In this document: piece after piece, positions 9,603 to 20,447 of the stretch
Position numbering within the stretch: position 1 is the first letter of the stretch
Layout of the letters: every line of letters begins with the position of its first letter
From: an uncultured Candidatus Saccharibacteria bacterium
GTDB taxonomy: Bacteria; Patescibacteriota; UBA1384; JAMDBS01; CAYSHH01
Assembly: GCA_964430945.1 (NCBI GenBank)
Contig: CAYSHH010000001.1
Coordinates: 6,473-70,472 of the forward strand
DNA length: 64,000 nucleotides
Reading direction: 5' to 3'
The notes under the pieces: model-generated
Seen by the model: only the letters and a program-made list of their open reading frames with translations
Told to the model about the DNA's origin: nothing
Databases searched by the model: none
Translations under genes and position numbers: made by a program

Positions 9603-9907
9603 GTAATAAAAATAATAATGAAAGCAATAATAGATAAAATTATTATTATATACCCAGCCATGATAGTAAGTGATCTTATCAAAACCCCCATAAATCTAGA
9701 TATTATATTTATTGCAAACATATTCAATCGTTCCTGAAGTGATGGATTCACTATCTTAGAAATATCTTTTTTCCAAGGCAGAAATAAAGTTCGCATCAAA
9801 AAATCAATAGAAAATTGATGATACAAATACGCAATTGTTTTTTGAAATATAAATATAATTTTTTTTGGCGCCTCAATAAATTGCCAACCAAAATAACTTC
9901 CTATCAT
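9545..9907 (-). CDS. Small polytopic membrane protein, hypothetical
   Basis: 120 aa, 3 predicted TM segments. Overlaps the start of the Clp-like ATPase by about 58 nt. First ORF downstream of the 16S trailer. Confidence 0.4.
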   Translation of the reverse strand: MIGSYFGWQFIEAPKKIIFIFQKTIAYLYHQFSIDFLMRTLFLPWKKDISKIVNPSLQERLNMFAINIISRFMGVLIRSLTIMAGYIIIILSIIAFIIIFITWLSLPFLIIYLIYRGLII

Positions 9908-9996
9908 AGCACTTAGTACACCTCCTTAATTATAATATGTCTACTTAATCATATCAGAACAATAAAAAAAATCCCATACAAGATGAGATTTTTTTA

Positions 9997-10023
9997 TATC
10001 AGTAACTTTGCGGTTGTAAGAAT
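9997..10023 (-). other. 16S rRNA trailer half of leader-trailer processing stem (pairs with 11684..11710)
   Basis: Plus 9997..10023 is the near-perfect reverse complement of plus 11684..11710: 27 bp with 1 G:U and 1 mismatch. The pair brackets the 16S gene like an RNase III processing stem. Confidence 0.6.
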
Positions 10024-10097
10024 GTTCAGAAATAAATTTCTGAAATCGATCTAGTAAGTTTCAAATATAAATATTCAATTCTTACTGATTCCTTTAG

Positions 10098-11596
<1,499 letters not shown>

Positions 11597-11683
11597 TATA
11601 GTTCGCTCCAGCAAATGCTGGATCTGGCTACAAAAAGAAATTAACAAAGTGTTTATTATACTGTGATCTGTTAAAAGCACAGT

Positions 11684-11710
11684 ATTCTTACAACCGCAGA
11701 GTTACCGATA
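11684..11710 (-). other. 16S rRNA leader half of processing stem (pairs with 9997..10023)
   Basis: See trailer half. Complementary over 27 nt across about 1.7 kb. Confidence 0.6.
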
Positions 11711-11898
11711 AGGTTACTCTGCAAAATAATTTAATAAAGAACAAAGAGTAACAAAAAGTTGTCAGGAACAAGTTCTCGACAACTTTTCGCAACTCTTTCA
11801 GATTGTATATATTTGTTAAGCCATTGATAAATCTCCCTCACTTTTTTTATCAGCCGATACCGTTAAAAAATAATTTATGATTATCCACAAGCATCAAT

Positions 11899-11927
11899 AT
11901 GATAGCATGCTTAAAAATATTAGTCAA
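11899..11927 (-). promoter_or_regulatory. Candidate 16S rRNA promoter (TTGACT-17-TATCAT)
   Basis: Minus-strand read ccTTGACTaatatttttaagcatgcTATCATattg. -35 at 11922..11927, -10 at 11899..11904; about 300 nt upstream of the mature 16S 5' end and just downstream of the pepA stop. Confidence 0.4.
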
Positions 11928-11935
11928 GGCCGGTT

Positions 11936-13423
11936 TTAACCTAAACTTTTTACAAACTCAATCAACGTTTTTACGCCAGCACCAGACCCACCTTTTTGGA
12001 TATAAGGCTTAGTAGGTCTAATCTGGATTGCACTACCGGCAATGTCCATATGCATCCACTTTATTTTCGGATCAACAAACTCTTCCAAAAACGCTGCGGC
12101 AGTTGATGCTCCTCCTTCACTACCTTTGCCAAGATTCTGTAAATCAGCAACACTGGATTTCATCTCTTCATGATGGACATTATCCATAGGAAGTTGCCAC
12201 AATTTTTCATAACTATTTTTTGATCTATCGATTGCCTTTTCAATCATTGACTGATTATTTCCAAACACGGCAGTATATTCAAAACCGAGTGCTATCATGC
12301 AAGCACCAGTTAATGTTGCCAAATCTATCATATAATTTGGCTTATATTGCTTACCGATATAAGAAAGTACGTCAGCCAAAACCAATCTTCCTTCAGCATC
12401 AGTATTAATAACCTCTACTGTTTTTCCATTATATGCTTTCCAAATATCACCTGGTTTTTGTGCTTTGTGTCCTGGCAAATTTTCGCAAGCACCTATCGCT
12501 CCAATAATGCGAATATTTTTAGGATTCATTTTAGAAATAACCTGAAATGCCCCCAGCACAGAAGCCGAACCAGCCATATCCATCTTCATTAACTCCATAT
12601 GCTCAGACGGTTTTATTGAAATACCCCCCGAATCAAAGGTCAAACCCTTCCCAACAAAAGCAATAGTTTTATTATATTTTCGAGGCCTATAGTCAAGTAC
12701 AATCATCCTTGCGTCTTCATCTGATCCACGAGCCACAGATGCAAAAAGCCCCATACCCATCTCAGTTATCTTACTTTCATCATATATTTTTACAGAGATA
12801 TTTTTACATTCTTTAGCGATATTTTTAGCTTCCTCGGCTAATTTTTTTGGATTGATAATATTGGATGGATGATTAGTTAAATCCCTGGCCAGATAGATTC
12901 CCTCTATTAAATTTTGAGCGCTCTTTACAATATCATTAAGCTTAGTTATATCCTTTTGGCCGTCATAAACGAAGTCTATTTGAGATAGTTTTGTATCTTT
13001 CTTCTTGGATTTATGATGATGAAATCTGTATAAGGATAAAAGTGTAATCTCAACAGTATCTCTTAAGAAATCTTCATTCTTATTGCCCACATAAATAGCA
13101 CAACTTCTGATACTCGTTTTGCCAACATAGATTATTGCTAAAGAAATTGCTTTATTATATCCTTCCATATTTAAATCTTTTTTCTTACCAAGCCCAACAA
13201 GTACAATCTTTTTAACTTTAAGTTTTTCATAACTATAAACTACATGCACTTCGCCTAATTCTGGTGTAAAATACCCATCTTTAATAATTTCCGAAATCCA
13301 TCCGCCAAGTTTTTTATCAACTACTTTAGCCTGTCCAGATAATTTTTCATCACTATAAATCGGCAATATCATTGCCTGAAAATTTAAATCAACTAATTGT
13401 TTATCACTAAATTTAATTTTCAT
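11936..13423 (-). CDS. pepA: Leucyl aminopeptidase (M17 family)
   Basis: 495 aa with M17 signature NTDAEGRLVLADVL and metal-binding residues in the C-terminal catalytic domain. Confidence 0.9.
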   Translation of the reverse strand: MKIKFSDKQLVDLNFQAMILPIYSDEKLSGQAKVVDKKLGGWISEIIKDGYFTPELGEVHVVYSYEKLKVKKIVLVGLGKKKDLNMEGYNKAISLAIIYVGKTSIRSCAIYVGNKNEDFLRDTVEITLLSLYRFHHHKSKKKDTKLSQIDFVYDGQKDITKLNDIVKSAQNLIEGIYLARDLTNHPSNIINPKKLAEEAKNIAKECKNISVKIYDESKITEMGMGLFASVARGSDEDARMIVLDYRPRKYNKTIAFVGKGLTFDSGGISIKPSEHMELMKMDMAGSASVLGAFQVISKMNPKNIRIIGAIGACENLPGHKAQKPGDIWKAYNGKTVEVINTDAEGRLVLADVLSYIGKQYKPNYMIDLATLTGACMIALGFEYTAVFGNNQSMIEKAIDRSKNSYEKLWQLPMDNVHHEEMKSSVADLQNLGKGSEGGASTAAAFLEEFVDPKIKWMHMDIAGSAIQIRPTKPYIQKGGSGAGVKTLIEFVKSLG

Positions 13424-13440
13424 ATTATAATTTAAAAAAG

Positions 13441-14043
13441 TTATTTCTTTCTAACCACTTCATCGATAATACCGTATTTTTTAGCTTCATCCGCGCGCAT
13501 GAAAAAATCTCTGTCGGTATCTTTTTCAATTTGAGATATTTTTTGTCCAGTATGCTCAGCAAGAATTTTATTTACTTGGTCTTTTGTCTTTAAAACTTCT
13601 TCTGCCTGAATCTTGATATCAGTAGCTTGCCCCTCAAATCCACCCATTACTTGATGGATTAAAATCTTTGAGTTAGGTAGCGCATAGCGCTTGCCTTTTG
13701 CACCACCCGCCAAAAGAAAGGCTCCCATACTAGCTGCCATACCCACACATATAGTTGCTACATCAGGTTTTACATATTTCATCGTATCGTATATCGCAAG
13801 CCCGGAAGTAACAGAACCACCTGGTGAATTTATATAAATTTCAATATCTTTCTTTGAATCATCAGCTTCCAAAAATAAAAGCTGAGCAATAATGATGTTT
13901 GCCATATGATCATCGATCTGACCACCAACGAATATTATTCTATCTCTAAGTAGTCGAGAATATATATCATATGCCCTCTCCCCCATCTCAGATTTTTCAA
14001 TTACTGTGGGTATAAGCACCTGGTTTTTTATTTCATTATTCAT
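13441..14043 (-). CDS. clpP: ATP-dependent Clp protease proteolytic subunit
   Basis: ClpP core motifs [60 protein letters not shown]. Start placed at the internal Met ([14 protein letters not shown]...), because the ORF-track 5' extension to 14118 runs over a terminator hairpin. Confidence 0.85.
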   Translation of the reverse strand: MNNEIKNQVLIPTVIEKSEMGERAYDIYSRLLRDRIIFVGGQIDDHMANIIIAQLLFLEADDSKKDIEIYINSPGGSVTSGLAIYDTMKYVKPDVATICVGMAASMGAFLLAGGAKGKRYALPNSKILIHQVMGGFEGQATDIKIQAEEVLKTKDQVNKILAEHTGQKISQIEKDTDRDFFMRADEAKKYGIIDEVVRKK

Positions 14044-14084
14044 AAGTACATATAAAATACCAACTTCACACCTTAAAATCAAGT

Positions 14085-14108
14085 AAAAAACCCCTCTTGC
14101 GAAGGGGC
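14085..14108 (-). terminator. Rho-independent terminator after HD-domain gene
   Basis: Minus strand CCCCT-tcgcaag-AGGGG followed by TTTTTT, between the HD gene stop (14115) and the clpP start. Confidence 0.5.
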
Positions 14109-14114
14109 TTGTAC

Positions 14115-15482
14115 TCATATTCTTAAATAATAATATATTGGCTGTTCAATTACAGCCTCGTTATTCCGTATGAATTCAACAAAATGATGTTTTGTTTCAC
14201 TGATCTCCAATATCAAACCATCATTTTCAATAAATAATGAAAGACCAGAATGAAATTTGATTTTTTGTTCATTGATCAGCTTTAATTTCTTATCCTCCAG
14301 TTCATGCTTGCTATTGATCATTTTTTCAAAAATTATCATCTCTATGTACCCCATACTAAGATTATCGATAAGACAATTAAATTCCTGTAATTCCTTTTTA
14401 TCCTTTTTCCTCACCCTCGAGCTAATCAATCTCAATATCTCGCACTCTGTTTTTCTGACCAATTCTGTTTTAGTAACATATTCCATAAACCTTTTAAACC
14501 GATAAGCTATATATATTTCTACACTCCTTCCGAGAGGGTTAAAGTAGAAATATCTTGCCATTAAAGAACGTATCAGTAAAAACCAGTACACCTCTCTATT
14601 ATTTTTACAAATTAATTTACCATTACCATCAAAATAAAAATTTAGATAACAGTCAGCAAAATTACAATCCTTAAATCTCAACTCCGGCAACTCAAACTCA
14701 TACAGACTTTCAGTTTCTGGACGTACCCGGCTAAAATCAAGAGCTGTATAACTAAGCCGGTCAACAACTTTACTAAAAAAATAGTATAGTCGTGAGAGTT
14801 CAGGTGAGACTTCATTAAATTTTCTCTCAAATAATGCCAACACTTTTTCAAGATCTATGCCATATTTAATACAAAAATTTTTAACAATATTTTGGTCAAG
14901 ACCAGAGATGTATAATCGAAGATTTTTTTCCTCATCATAATCTGCGTAATAAAAATACTTCATCATATCTCCAAAAGCAGAAGTCGCTGCATCATGCAGA
15001 AGTGCCATTAATATTCCAAAATTTATTATTTCCTCAGAATAATGCCCCTGTTTTCTCATCCATATTTCCAACATGACTGCCGAAGTTATAGTATGATAAA
15101 ACCGACTATGAGTTGGGCATCCGACAATCATTCTTTCATCCATATCCGATTTTGGATTGTAATATGGTAAATGAGTGAATTGCCTTATTTCGTGCAATCG
15201 ATCGAGCCCAAAAACTCCAATCGTACAATTATATATATCACCCTTAATCAATATACTCTTTCCATTTATCCCAGAAAAATTACTAAACGGAATATGCACA
15301 AATATTGGATCTTCATAATAGTGTCGAGCCCCAATATTACCGCACATTTGATCCACCAAAACCAAATTGGGACCCAAAAGACCTTTCTCGAAATCAAAAA
15401 TACCGTCCTTAATCTCTTCTGTCTCAACCCAAGTTTGATTTTTAAGTGTATATTGAAAATTTTTAAAAATTTTAAAAGACAT
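14115..15482 (-). CDS. HD-domain phosphohydrolase-like protein (large, uncharacterised)
   Basis: 455 aa. His...HD motif ([17 protein letters not shown]...[12 protein letters not shown]). Own promoter and strong SD (AGGAGG). Confidence 0.6.
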   Translation of the reverse strand: MSFKIFKNFQYTLKNQTWVETEEIKDGIFDFEKGLLGPNLVLVDQMCGNIGARHYYEDPIFVHIPFSNFSGINGKSILIKGDIYNCTIGVFGLDRLHEIRQFTHLPYYNPKSDMDERMIVGCPTHSRFYHTITSAVMLEIWMRKQGHYSEEIINFGILMALLHDAATSAFGDMMKYFYYADYDEEKNLRLYISGLDQNIVKNFCIKYGIDLEKVLALFERKFNEVSPELSRLYYFFSKVVDRLSYTALDFSRVRPETESLYEFELPELRFKDCNFADCYLNFYFDGNGKLICKNNREVYWFLLIRSLMARYFYFNPLGRSVEIYIAYRFKRFMEYVTKTELVRKTECEILRLISSRVRKKDKKELQEFNCLIDNLSMGYIEMIIFEKMINSKHELEDKKLKLINEQKIKFHSGLSLFIENDGLILEISETKHHFVEFIRNNEAVIEQPIYYYLRI

Positions 15483-15516
15483 ATCTTATTCCTCCTAAAC
15501 AATAAAATGAGGATTT

Positions 15517-15545
15517 ATTATATAAGATTTTCCAATATTACTCAA
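15517..15545 (-). promoter_or_regulatory. sigma70-like promoter (TTGAGT-17-TATAAT) for HD-domain gene
   Basis: Minus-strand TTGAGTaatattggaaaatcttaTATAAT followed by a TAGGAGGAATAAGAT-ATG RBS. Confidence 0.45.
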
Positions 15546-15620
15546 ACATTACATATAAAAAACGGCCCTTCATAGAGCCGCGTCCTAAAAATAAAAATAA
15601 AAATAATTTTACACAGTTAA

Positions 15621-16064
15621 TTAAATACCAAATTCCTGTGCCTTTCTTTTAAAATCCGGTCCGGCCATATTTACTGTCTCTAGGACAGAGACGATGAAAT
15701 CAAATGCCTGCTTAAATTGATCATCTTTAGATAAAAAAACTTTAACAGCTTCATAGATTTCTGAATCGTCGAACTTATATTTTCTAATATGTTTCCCGGT
15801 AAAACTATGAGAAAAATTAGCTAATATCTGGGAAAAGACATCAGACGTCACAGGATCATCATATAGATTAAACATAATATGATATCCGACAAACAAGTTT
15901 CTTACGCTCGCGAATCGAAGTGACAATTGACCACATATGTCGACTATTTGGCAATCGCTTAAATCAGTTTTATGATCACTTTTTTGTGTAAATCCCCACA
16001 AAATTGCTCGAACCAAATCTGATCCAACCATTCTTTGAGTTTTTAATCCCATATTAAATACCAC
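15621..16064 (-). CDS. Hypothetical small protein, paralog B of tandem pair
   Basis: 147 aa. Shares an N-terminal motif with the adjacent 158-aa ORF (MVGSDLVRAILWGF vs ITGVDLVRALVWIL). Confidence 0.5.
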   Translation of the reverse strand: MVFNMGLKTQRMVGSDLVRAILWGFTQKSDHKTDLSDCQIVDICGQLSLRFASVRNLFVGYHIMFNLYDDPVTSDVFSQILANFSHSFTGKHIRKYKFDDSEIYEAVKVFLSKDDQFKQAFDFIVSVLETVNMAGPDFKRKAQEFGI

Positions 16065-16141
16065 CTCTCAAAAATTTTATTGACTACACTCAACATAATG
16101 AAAATCAATAATAATAAAACGATATTTGCTAAGTAATTGGT

Positions 16142-16618
16142 TTATCTAAACAAATATTCATTTTCTATATCAGCATCATATAGGCAAATACTTCCTTGAC
16201 AAGTTTGCTCGCAAAGGGTTCCTAGGTAACTCTTTAGAAAATCAAACTCATTTCCGTACCCACTTTCCCTTAAATATTTTTCCACCTCTGTATATTTTTG
16301 AGAATCGTCTCTGCTATATCTTCTCTGGCCATATAGCTCGGCAATATATGAAAATGGTAAATTATCTAACATTCCAGATAGTTCACAAGACTTTATTGGA
16401 TAACTGTGAAAGTCAAAAAATATTCCTAATTCTGAAAAAAGTGTTTTTATTCTTTCATGATTGCGAGCTACAAATCCCAAGGCATAAACAATCATTGAAT
16501 CTTCCAATACCATCATTCTTTCATAATTTTCCACTAGAATCCAAACCAGGGCTCTAACCAAATCAACACCCGTTATCTCGTTCTTTTCACACATTTTTAA
16601 ACACCATCCCTTTTTCAA
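16142..16618 (-). CDS. Hypothetical small protein, paralog A of tandem pair
   Basis: 158 aa. Conserved GxDLVRALVW segment near the N-terminus, paralogous to 15621..16064. Confidence 0.5.
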   Translation of the reverse strand: MKKGWCLKMCEKNEITGVDLVRALVWILVENYERMMVLEDSMIVYALGFVARNHERIKTLFSELGIFFDFHSYPIKSCELSGMLDNLPFSYIAELYGQRRYSRDDSQKYTEVEKYLRESGYGNEFDFLKSYLGTLCEQTCQGSICLYDADIENEYLFR

Positions 16619-16647
16619 TTTTTCACATTAATATTATCAAATATATT

Positions 16648-16682
16648 TAAAAATAAAAACAACTCCACGCATGCAGAGTTGT
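16648..16682 (-). terminator. Rho-independent terminator after tig
   Basis: Minus strand ACAACTC-tgcatgcgtg-GAGTTGT followed by TTTTATTTTT. Confidence 0.55.
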
Positions 16683-16706
16683 TTTGTCTATATTTTATTA
16701 AAATAT

Positions 16707-17888
16707 CTACTTAGTAGCGATCTCAATAAGCTTATCGAGAGTCTTTTTTACTGCTTTTTGCTGCAACTCATGATTTTTCTTCATATCAGTTCCAAGTTTT
16801 TTGGGATCAAAGTGCCCCATGTCTTTCGAAATCTCGCTAAGAGCTAATGATATTTTTACACCTTTTTCGGCATTAGGCTTGATATCATCTCTCAATTGAA
16901 CCAAAGTTTTACCCATATTCTCTAAATATTTTCCAAATGCTGGGCCAGTTTGTTGTTTTATAGTATCGATTCTTCGATCAATTTCCTGCTCAATTAAAGC
17001 TTCAGAAATATCTATTTCAACATTTTTAAGCACCTCATCAAGCACTTTTGATTCAAGTATTTGTCTATCTTTTTGTTCCTTTTCTGCGACTATACTTTTC
17101 GCGATAGCATCCTTCAATGCCTTCATTCCTTTGTGACCGAATTTTTTGGCAAATTCTTGATCTTCTTTAGGAAGTTTTACATGCCATACTTCATCAATCA
17201 CTACGTCAAAATTTACATCATCTTTTTGTATCTTCATTTTAAAATTAAGATTGTCACCTTTTTTGGTATCAATAAGTTTCTCTTCAAACTTAGGCATAAG
17301 CACACCCTCACCTAAGATAAACGGATAATGCTTCGAAGTATATTTATCTATCTGCACACCTTTTACCTTACCAATAAAGCTAACCTCCATACGATCACCC
17401 TTTTTCGCCTTATCTGATGTGATAGAATATTCTGCACCTTGTTGTTTTAAGCGATCGATAACCTTACCAACTTCACTGTCAGTAGCTTCAATTTTTGCTT
17501 TATCGTGCTTTGCTTTTATTTTTTTATAATTACCTAACTTAATTTCTGGTAAAAGATCTACTTCTGCTTCAAAACTAAATGGCTTATTTTCATCGAATGT
17601 AATGACATTCACTTTTGGGCTTCCTACCGGCACAAGCTTTTTCTCATGAACAACCCTAGAATAAATCTGAGGCAATGCGATATTCAATGCTTCAGAATTG
17701 TATTTTCCACGACCAATAGTCTCAATAGTAAGCATACGAGGCGCCTTACCTGGTCTAAAACCTTTGATGTCTACTGTCAATGCAAGTTTAGTATAGGCTT
17801 CGTCAAAATATCGCTTCATATTTACTACATCTTCAGTAATTGTAAGTTTAACTTTTGATTTGGGTAATTTTTCTATTTTAATATCCAT
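16707..17888 (-). CDS. tig: Trigger factor (ribosome-associated chaperone / PPIase)
   Basis: 393 aa. N-terminal ribosome-binding domain (MDIKIEKLPKSKVKLTITEDVVN..GFRPGKAP) and FKBP-like middle domain. Confidence 0.9.
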   Translation of the reverse strand: MDIKIEKLPKSKVKLTITEDVVNMKRYFDEAYTKLALTVDIKGFRPGKAPRMLTIETIGRGKYNSEALNIALPQIYSRVVHEKKLVPVGSPKVNVITFDENKPFSFEAEVDLLPEIKLGNYKKIKAKHDKAKIEATDSEVGKVIDRLKQQGAEYSITSDKAKKGDRMEVSFIGKVKGVQIDKYTSKHYPFILGEGVLMPKFEEKLIDTKKGDNLNFKMKIQKDDVNFDVVIDEVWHVKLPKEDQEFAKKFGHKGMKALKDAIAKSIVAEKEQKDRQILESKVLDEVLKNVEIDISEALIEQEIDRRIDTIKQQTGPAFGKYLENMGKTLVQLRDDIKPNAEKGVKISLALSEISKDMGHFDPKKLGTDMKKNHELQQKAVKKTLDKLIEIATK

Positions 17889-17899
17889 AATAATCCTAA

Positions 17900-17976
17900 C
17901 CTTTTCATCCTGAATTTTCTTCAGGATCCATGTTTTATATCTTATTATTTATGTATTTTGCACTGCCATTATACCA
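17900..17976 (-). promoter_or_regulatory. tig upstream region: extended -10 (TGGTATAAT at 17968..17976) and 5'-UTR hairpin (ATCCTGAA-ttttc-TTCAGGAT at 17901..17925)
   Basis: Minus-strand aatatGGTATAATggcag upstream; perfect 8-bp inverted repeat immediately before the tig RBS. Confidence 0.35.
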
Positions 17977-17988
17977 TATTCTTTAGGT

Positions 17989-18012
17989 AAAAAAAAGGCG
18001 GCCATAGGCCGC
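17989..18012 (-). terminator. Rho-independent terminator (GCGGCC-uau-GGCCGC + U9)
   Basis: Minus-strand GCGGCCTATGGCCGCCTTTTTTTTT directly after the stop of the 36-aa small ORF. Confidence 0.6.
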
Positions 18013-18030
18013 ATTAATACAAAAAACTCG

Positions 18031-18141
18031 TTAGTTTCCGAGAGTCATCAAATATTGACACTCCCGGTAAAAATGCCAGTACATATATCCAACTCCGAAA
18101 TCTCTATCGGCTGCTGCCGAAGAGCATAAATCGATTTCCAT
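18031..18141 (-). CDS. Small ORF (36 aa, MEIDLCSSAAADRDFGVGYMYWHFYRECQYLMTLGN) with consensus SD and own terminator
   Basis: Not in the ORF track. Minus strand AAAGGAGGttcgactgATG with 7-nt spacing; stop TAA is followed within 15 nt by the GCGGCC terminator. Confidence 0.4.
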   Translation of the reverse strand: MEIDLCSSAAADRDFGVGYMYWHFYRECQYLMTLGN

Positions 18142-18183
18142 CAGTCGAACCTCCTTTAAAAAATCCGATTACTCTCCTACTTG

Positions 18184-18369
18184 TCAAAAATTAAATGGAT
18201 CATAAGTCGCAACAACGAATGCCATCTCCGGATCAGCAGATATTATCTGCCGTATCCTTTTTTCTGCGCTGTCATAGTACTCGTCGTACTGATCCGATAT
18301 TGCAGAAAAATTATTAACAAACCAATTAATAATCTCTGCCAAAGACATTTCCGAAAAATTCACATCCAT
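18184..18369 (-). CDS. Hypothetical small acidic protein
   Basis: 61 aa ORF between pfkB-family kinase gene and the small peptide ORF; no motif. Confidence 0.25.
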   Translation of the reverse strand: MDVNFSEMSLAEIINWFVNNFSAISDQYDEYYDSAEKRIRQIISADPEMAFVVATYDPFNF

Positions 18370-18514
18370 TTAGAATACCTCCTCGCAGTTGGATATTTTA
18401 TTAAAAAATACAAAAAACTTATAATAAACAAGATTAAATCGATGATATCCATAATAGCATCATGTAAAAGAACATGATATCTTTTTACCATAAAAAAACA
18501 AATCGGTAAAGGAC

Positions 18515-19492
18515 CTAAATCAATTTTAAATATTCTTCTTCTATTCTTGACCGTGTAAGTATTCCATTTTGCGCACCAATTTCCTCAGTGACCAATCCAC
18601 CGTTTATCACTCCCCATTTAAGAGCCTTTGCGAGATTCTCATCTTTAATATAACTTGCTAAAAAACCAGCGGAAAAAGCATCTCCCGCACCAGTGACTTC
18701 TACTGTTTTTGCCTTGATTGCTCTTTGGTGAATTATCCTCCCATCAATTTTAGAATAAGCTCCCAAAACTCCGTCAGTAACTACCAAATTTTTAATCCCA
18801 TATTCAGCCACCTTATAAAATATTTCTTTCATTTCAAGCGGAAAACGTGCCCCAAGAAGATGCTCCGCTTCTTCTTTGTTTAATATCAATATTTCAGCCA
18901 TCTTAAGAAGCAATAAAAAATCTTTTTTCTTTTCCTCAAGCTGCAGTTTTCCTGGATTTAAGGCGATTTTAATATTTTTTTCGGCCGCTAGACTTATTGC
19001 TTCTTTCTCATAGCCCTTACCAAGGGAACTAAGATAAAGCCATTTTGATCTTTTCAGCTTTGACACTTTTAGTTTTTTATAATCAAATTCATCCCTATAT
19101 ACAAGAATTGTTCTATCATTTTTATACCGAATAACGAACGAATATGTACTATGGATCTTTTTATCGGTTACAAAATTTACCAATCTAATATTTTCAGTTT
19201 CAATCAACGTCTTAATCTTTTCTCCCATTTCATCGTTACCACAAAAACTACAAAGTCCAGTATCTAGACCCAGTTTTGCCACTCCAGCTGCCACATTACA
19301 AGCCGTTCCGCCTAAAGAATAGTCAACACTTTCTACCGCAATTTTATCTCCATAAGAGAAACAAAGTAATTTCTCATAAGGAATATTGTGACTTACCGAT
19401 CTTCCAGACTTCAAAACTTCCGCTTCGTGCGGTCTAATAAATATATCATAAGTTGAATCACCAACACATATAAGATCGAGCATAACAATCAA
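18515..19492 (-). CDS. PfkB-family carbohydrate kinase (ribokinase-like fold)
   Basis: 325 aa. C-terminal PfkB signature VTGAGDAFSAGFLA (GAGD anion hole) and an N-terminal GG substrate-lid motif. Confidence 0.8.
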   Translation of the reverse strand: MIVMLDLICVGDSTYDIFIRPHEAEVLKSGRSVSHNIPYEKLLCFSYGDKIAVESVDYSLGGTACNVAAGVAKLGLDTGLCSFCGNDEMGEKIKTLIETENIRLVNFVTDKKIHSTYSFVIRYKNDRTILVYRDEFDYKKLKVSKLKRSKWLYLSSLGKGYEKEAISLAAEKNIKIALNPGKLQLEEKKKDFLLLLKMAEILILNKEEAEHLLGARFPLEMKEIFYKVAEYGIKNLVVTDGVLGAYSKIDGRIIHQRAIKAKTVEVTGAGDAFSAGFLASYIKDENLAKALKWGVINGGLVTEEIGAQNGILTRSRIEEEYLKLI

Positions 19493-19507
19493 TTATTAAT
19501 AAATTTA

Positions 19508-20353
19508 CTAAATTTTATTATCACTACCAAAAATCTTAATCTTTTTTTCTACCACTTTTCTCACTGCTTCCTTGGCAGATTCAAGTATCTCTCTCGGATC
19601 ATAAATATCTGGGTGATTCTGTTGAAACTTTTTAATACTTCCAGAAAAAGCCATTCTAATGTCCGTATCAATATTTACTTTTGACATACCCAGAGATATT
19701 GCCTTTTTCATATCGTTTATAGGAGTAGAAGAAGCACCGTGAAATACAAGAGGAATTTTCACCAATTTTGCTACTTGCGACAACACATCAAAATCTAATT
19801 TTTCTTTTGGGTCTGGCACACCATGAGCATTTCCAAAAGCAATAGCCAGACTATTAACTCCCGTAAGTTTAACAAATTTCAAAGCAATATCTGGGTCAGT
19901 ACACTTAATATTTTTGTTACTTATATCGTCCTCTACACCACCGATTGTTCCGATCTCACCTTCCACTTGAGCATCATATTTTTTGGCCAACTCTACTACT
20001 TCTTTTGTCAACTTAATATTATCATCATATTCAAGTTTTGACCCATCAATCATCACCGATTTATATCCAACCTCCAAACATCTTTTCACAATTTCAAAAT
20101 TACTTCCATGGTCAAGATGTAAGGCAACATCAATACCGAGCCTCTCCGACTCATTTTTCACCACATCATAAATATTTTCAAGTCCAGCATAATCTATCGC
20201 TTTTTCGGAAGTCTGAATCATTATCGGCGCCTTTGATTCTTTCGCAACATCCATAATGGCTTGTGTAATCTCAATATCGGAAGTGTTAAAAGCTCCGATA
20301 GCATACCCCTCTTGTCTCGCTTCTTCTAATTGTTTTTTTGGATTAATAATCAT
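19508..20353 (-). CDS. fba: Class II fructose-bisphosphate aldolase
   Basis: 281 aa with class II aldolase zinc-binding motifs (VALHLDHGS, FHGASS, GNAHG). Confidence 0.85.
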   Translation of the reverse strand: MIINPKKQLEEARQEGYAIGAFNTSDIEITQAIMDVAKESKAPIMIQTSEKAIDYAGLENIYDVVKNESERLGIDVALHLDHGSNFEIVKRCLEVGYKSVMIDGSKLEYDDNIKLTKEVVELAKKYDAQVEGEIGTIGGVEDDISNKNIKCTDPDIALKFVKLTGVNSLAIAFGNAHGVPDPKEKLDFDVLSQVAKLVKIPLVFHGASSTPINDMKKAISLGMSKVNIDTDIRMAFSGSIKKFQQNHPDIYDPREILESAKEAVRKVVEKKIKIFGSDNKI

Positions 20354-20447
20354 AATTTTTAAAACGTTATTCTCCTATTAACTTTACTTGCCAACAATAC
20401 GAATATTAATTGTATATGTGAATATTTAACATCTAAAATTACAAAAA

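Noticed and set aside
9961-9998. A8-...-T8 symmetric hairpin after the 16S trailer as possible terminator
   Set aside because: The stem is almost entirely A:U pairs with a 13-nt loop, too weak to call an intrinsic terminator. It may simply be AT-rich spacer.
15560-15590. Imperfect hairpin CGGCTC/GGGCCG + T6 after the 147-aa paralog gene
   Set aside because: The stem has a mismatch and only 5 of 6 pairs, so a terminator call is marginal. It was not listed as a feature.
18131-18160. GGTTCGA-like sequence resembling a tRNA T-arm
   Set aside because: No complementary T-stem, acceptor stem or anticodon arm can be formed. It is the SD/start region of the 36-aa ORF.
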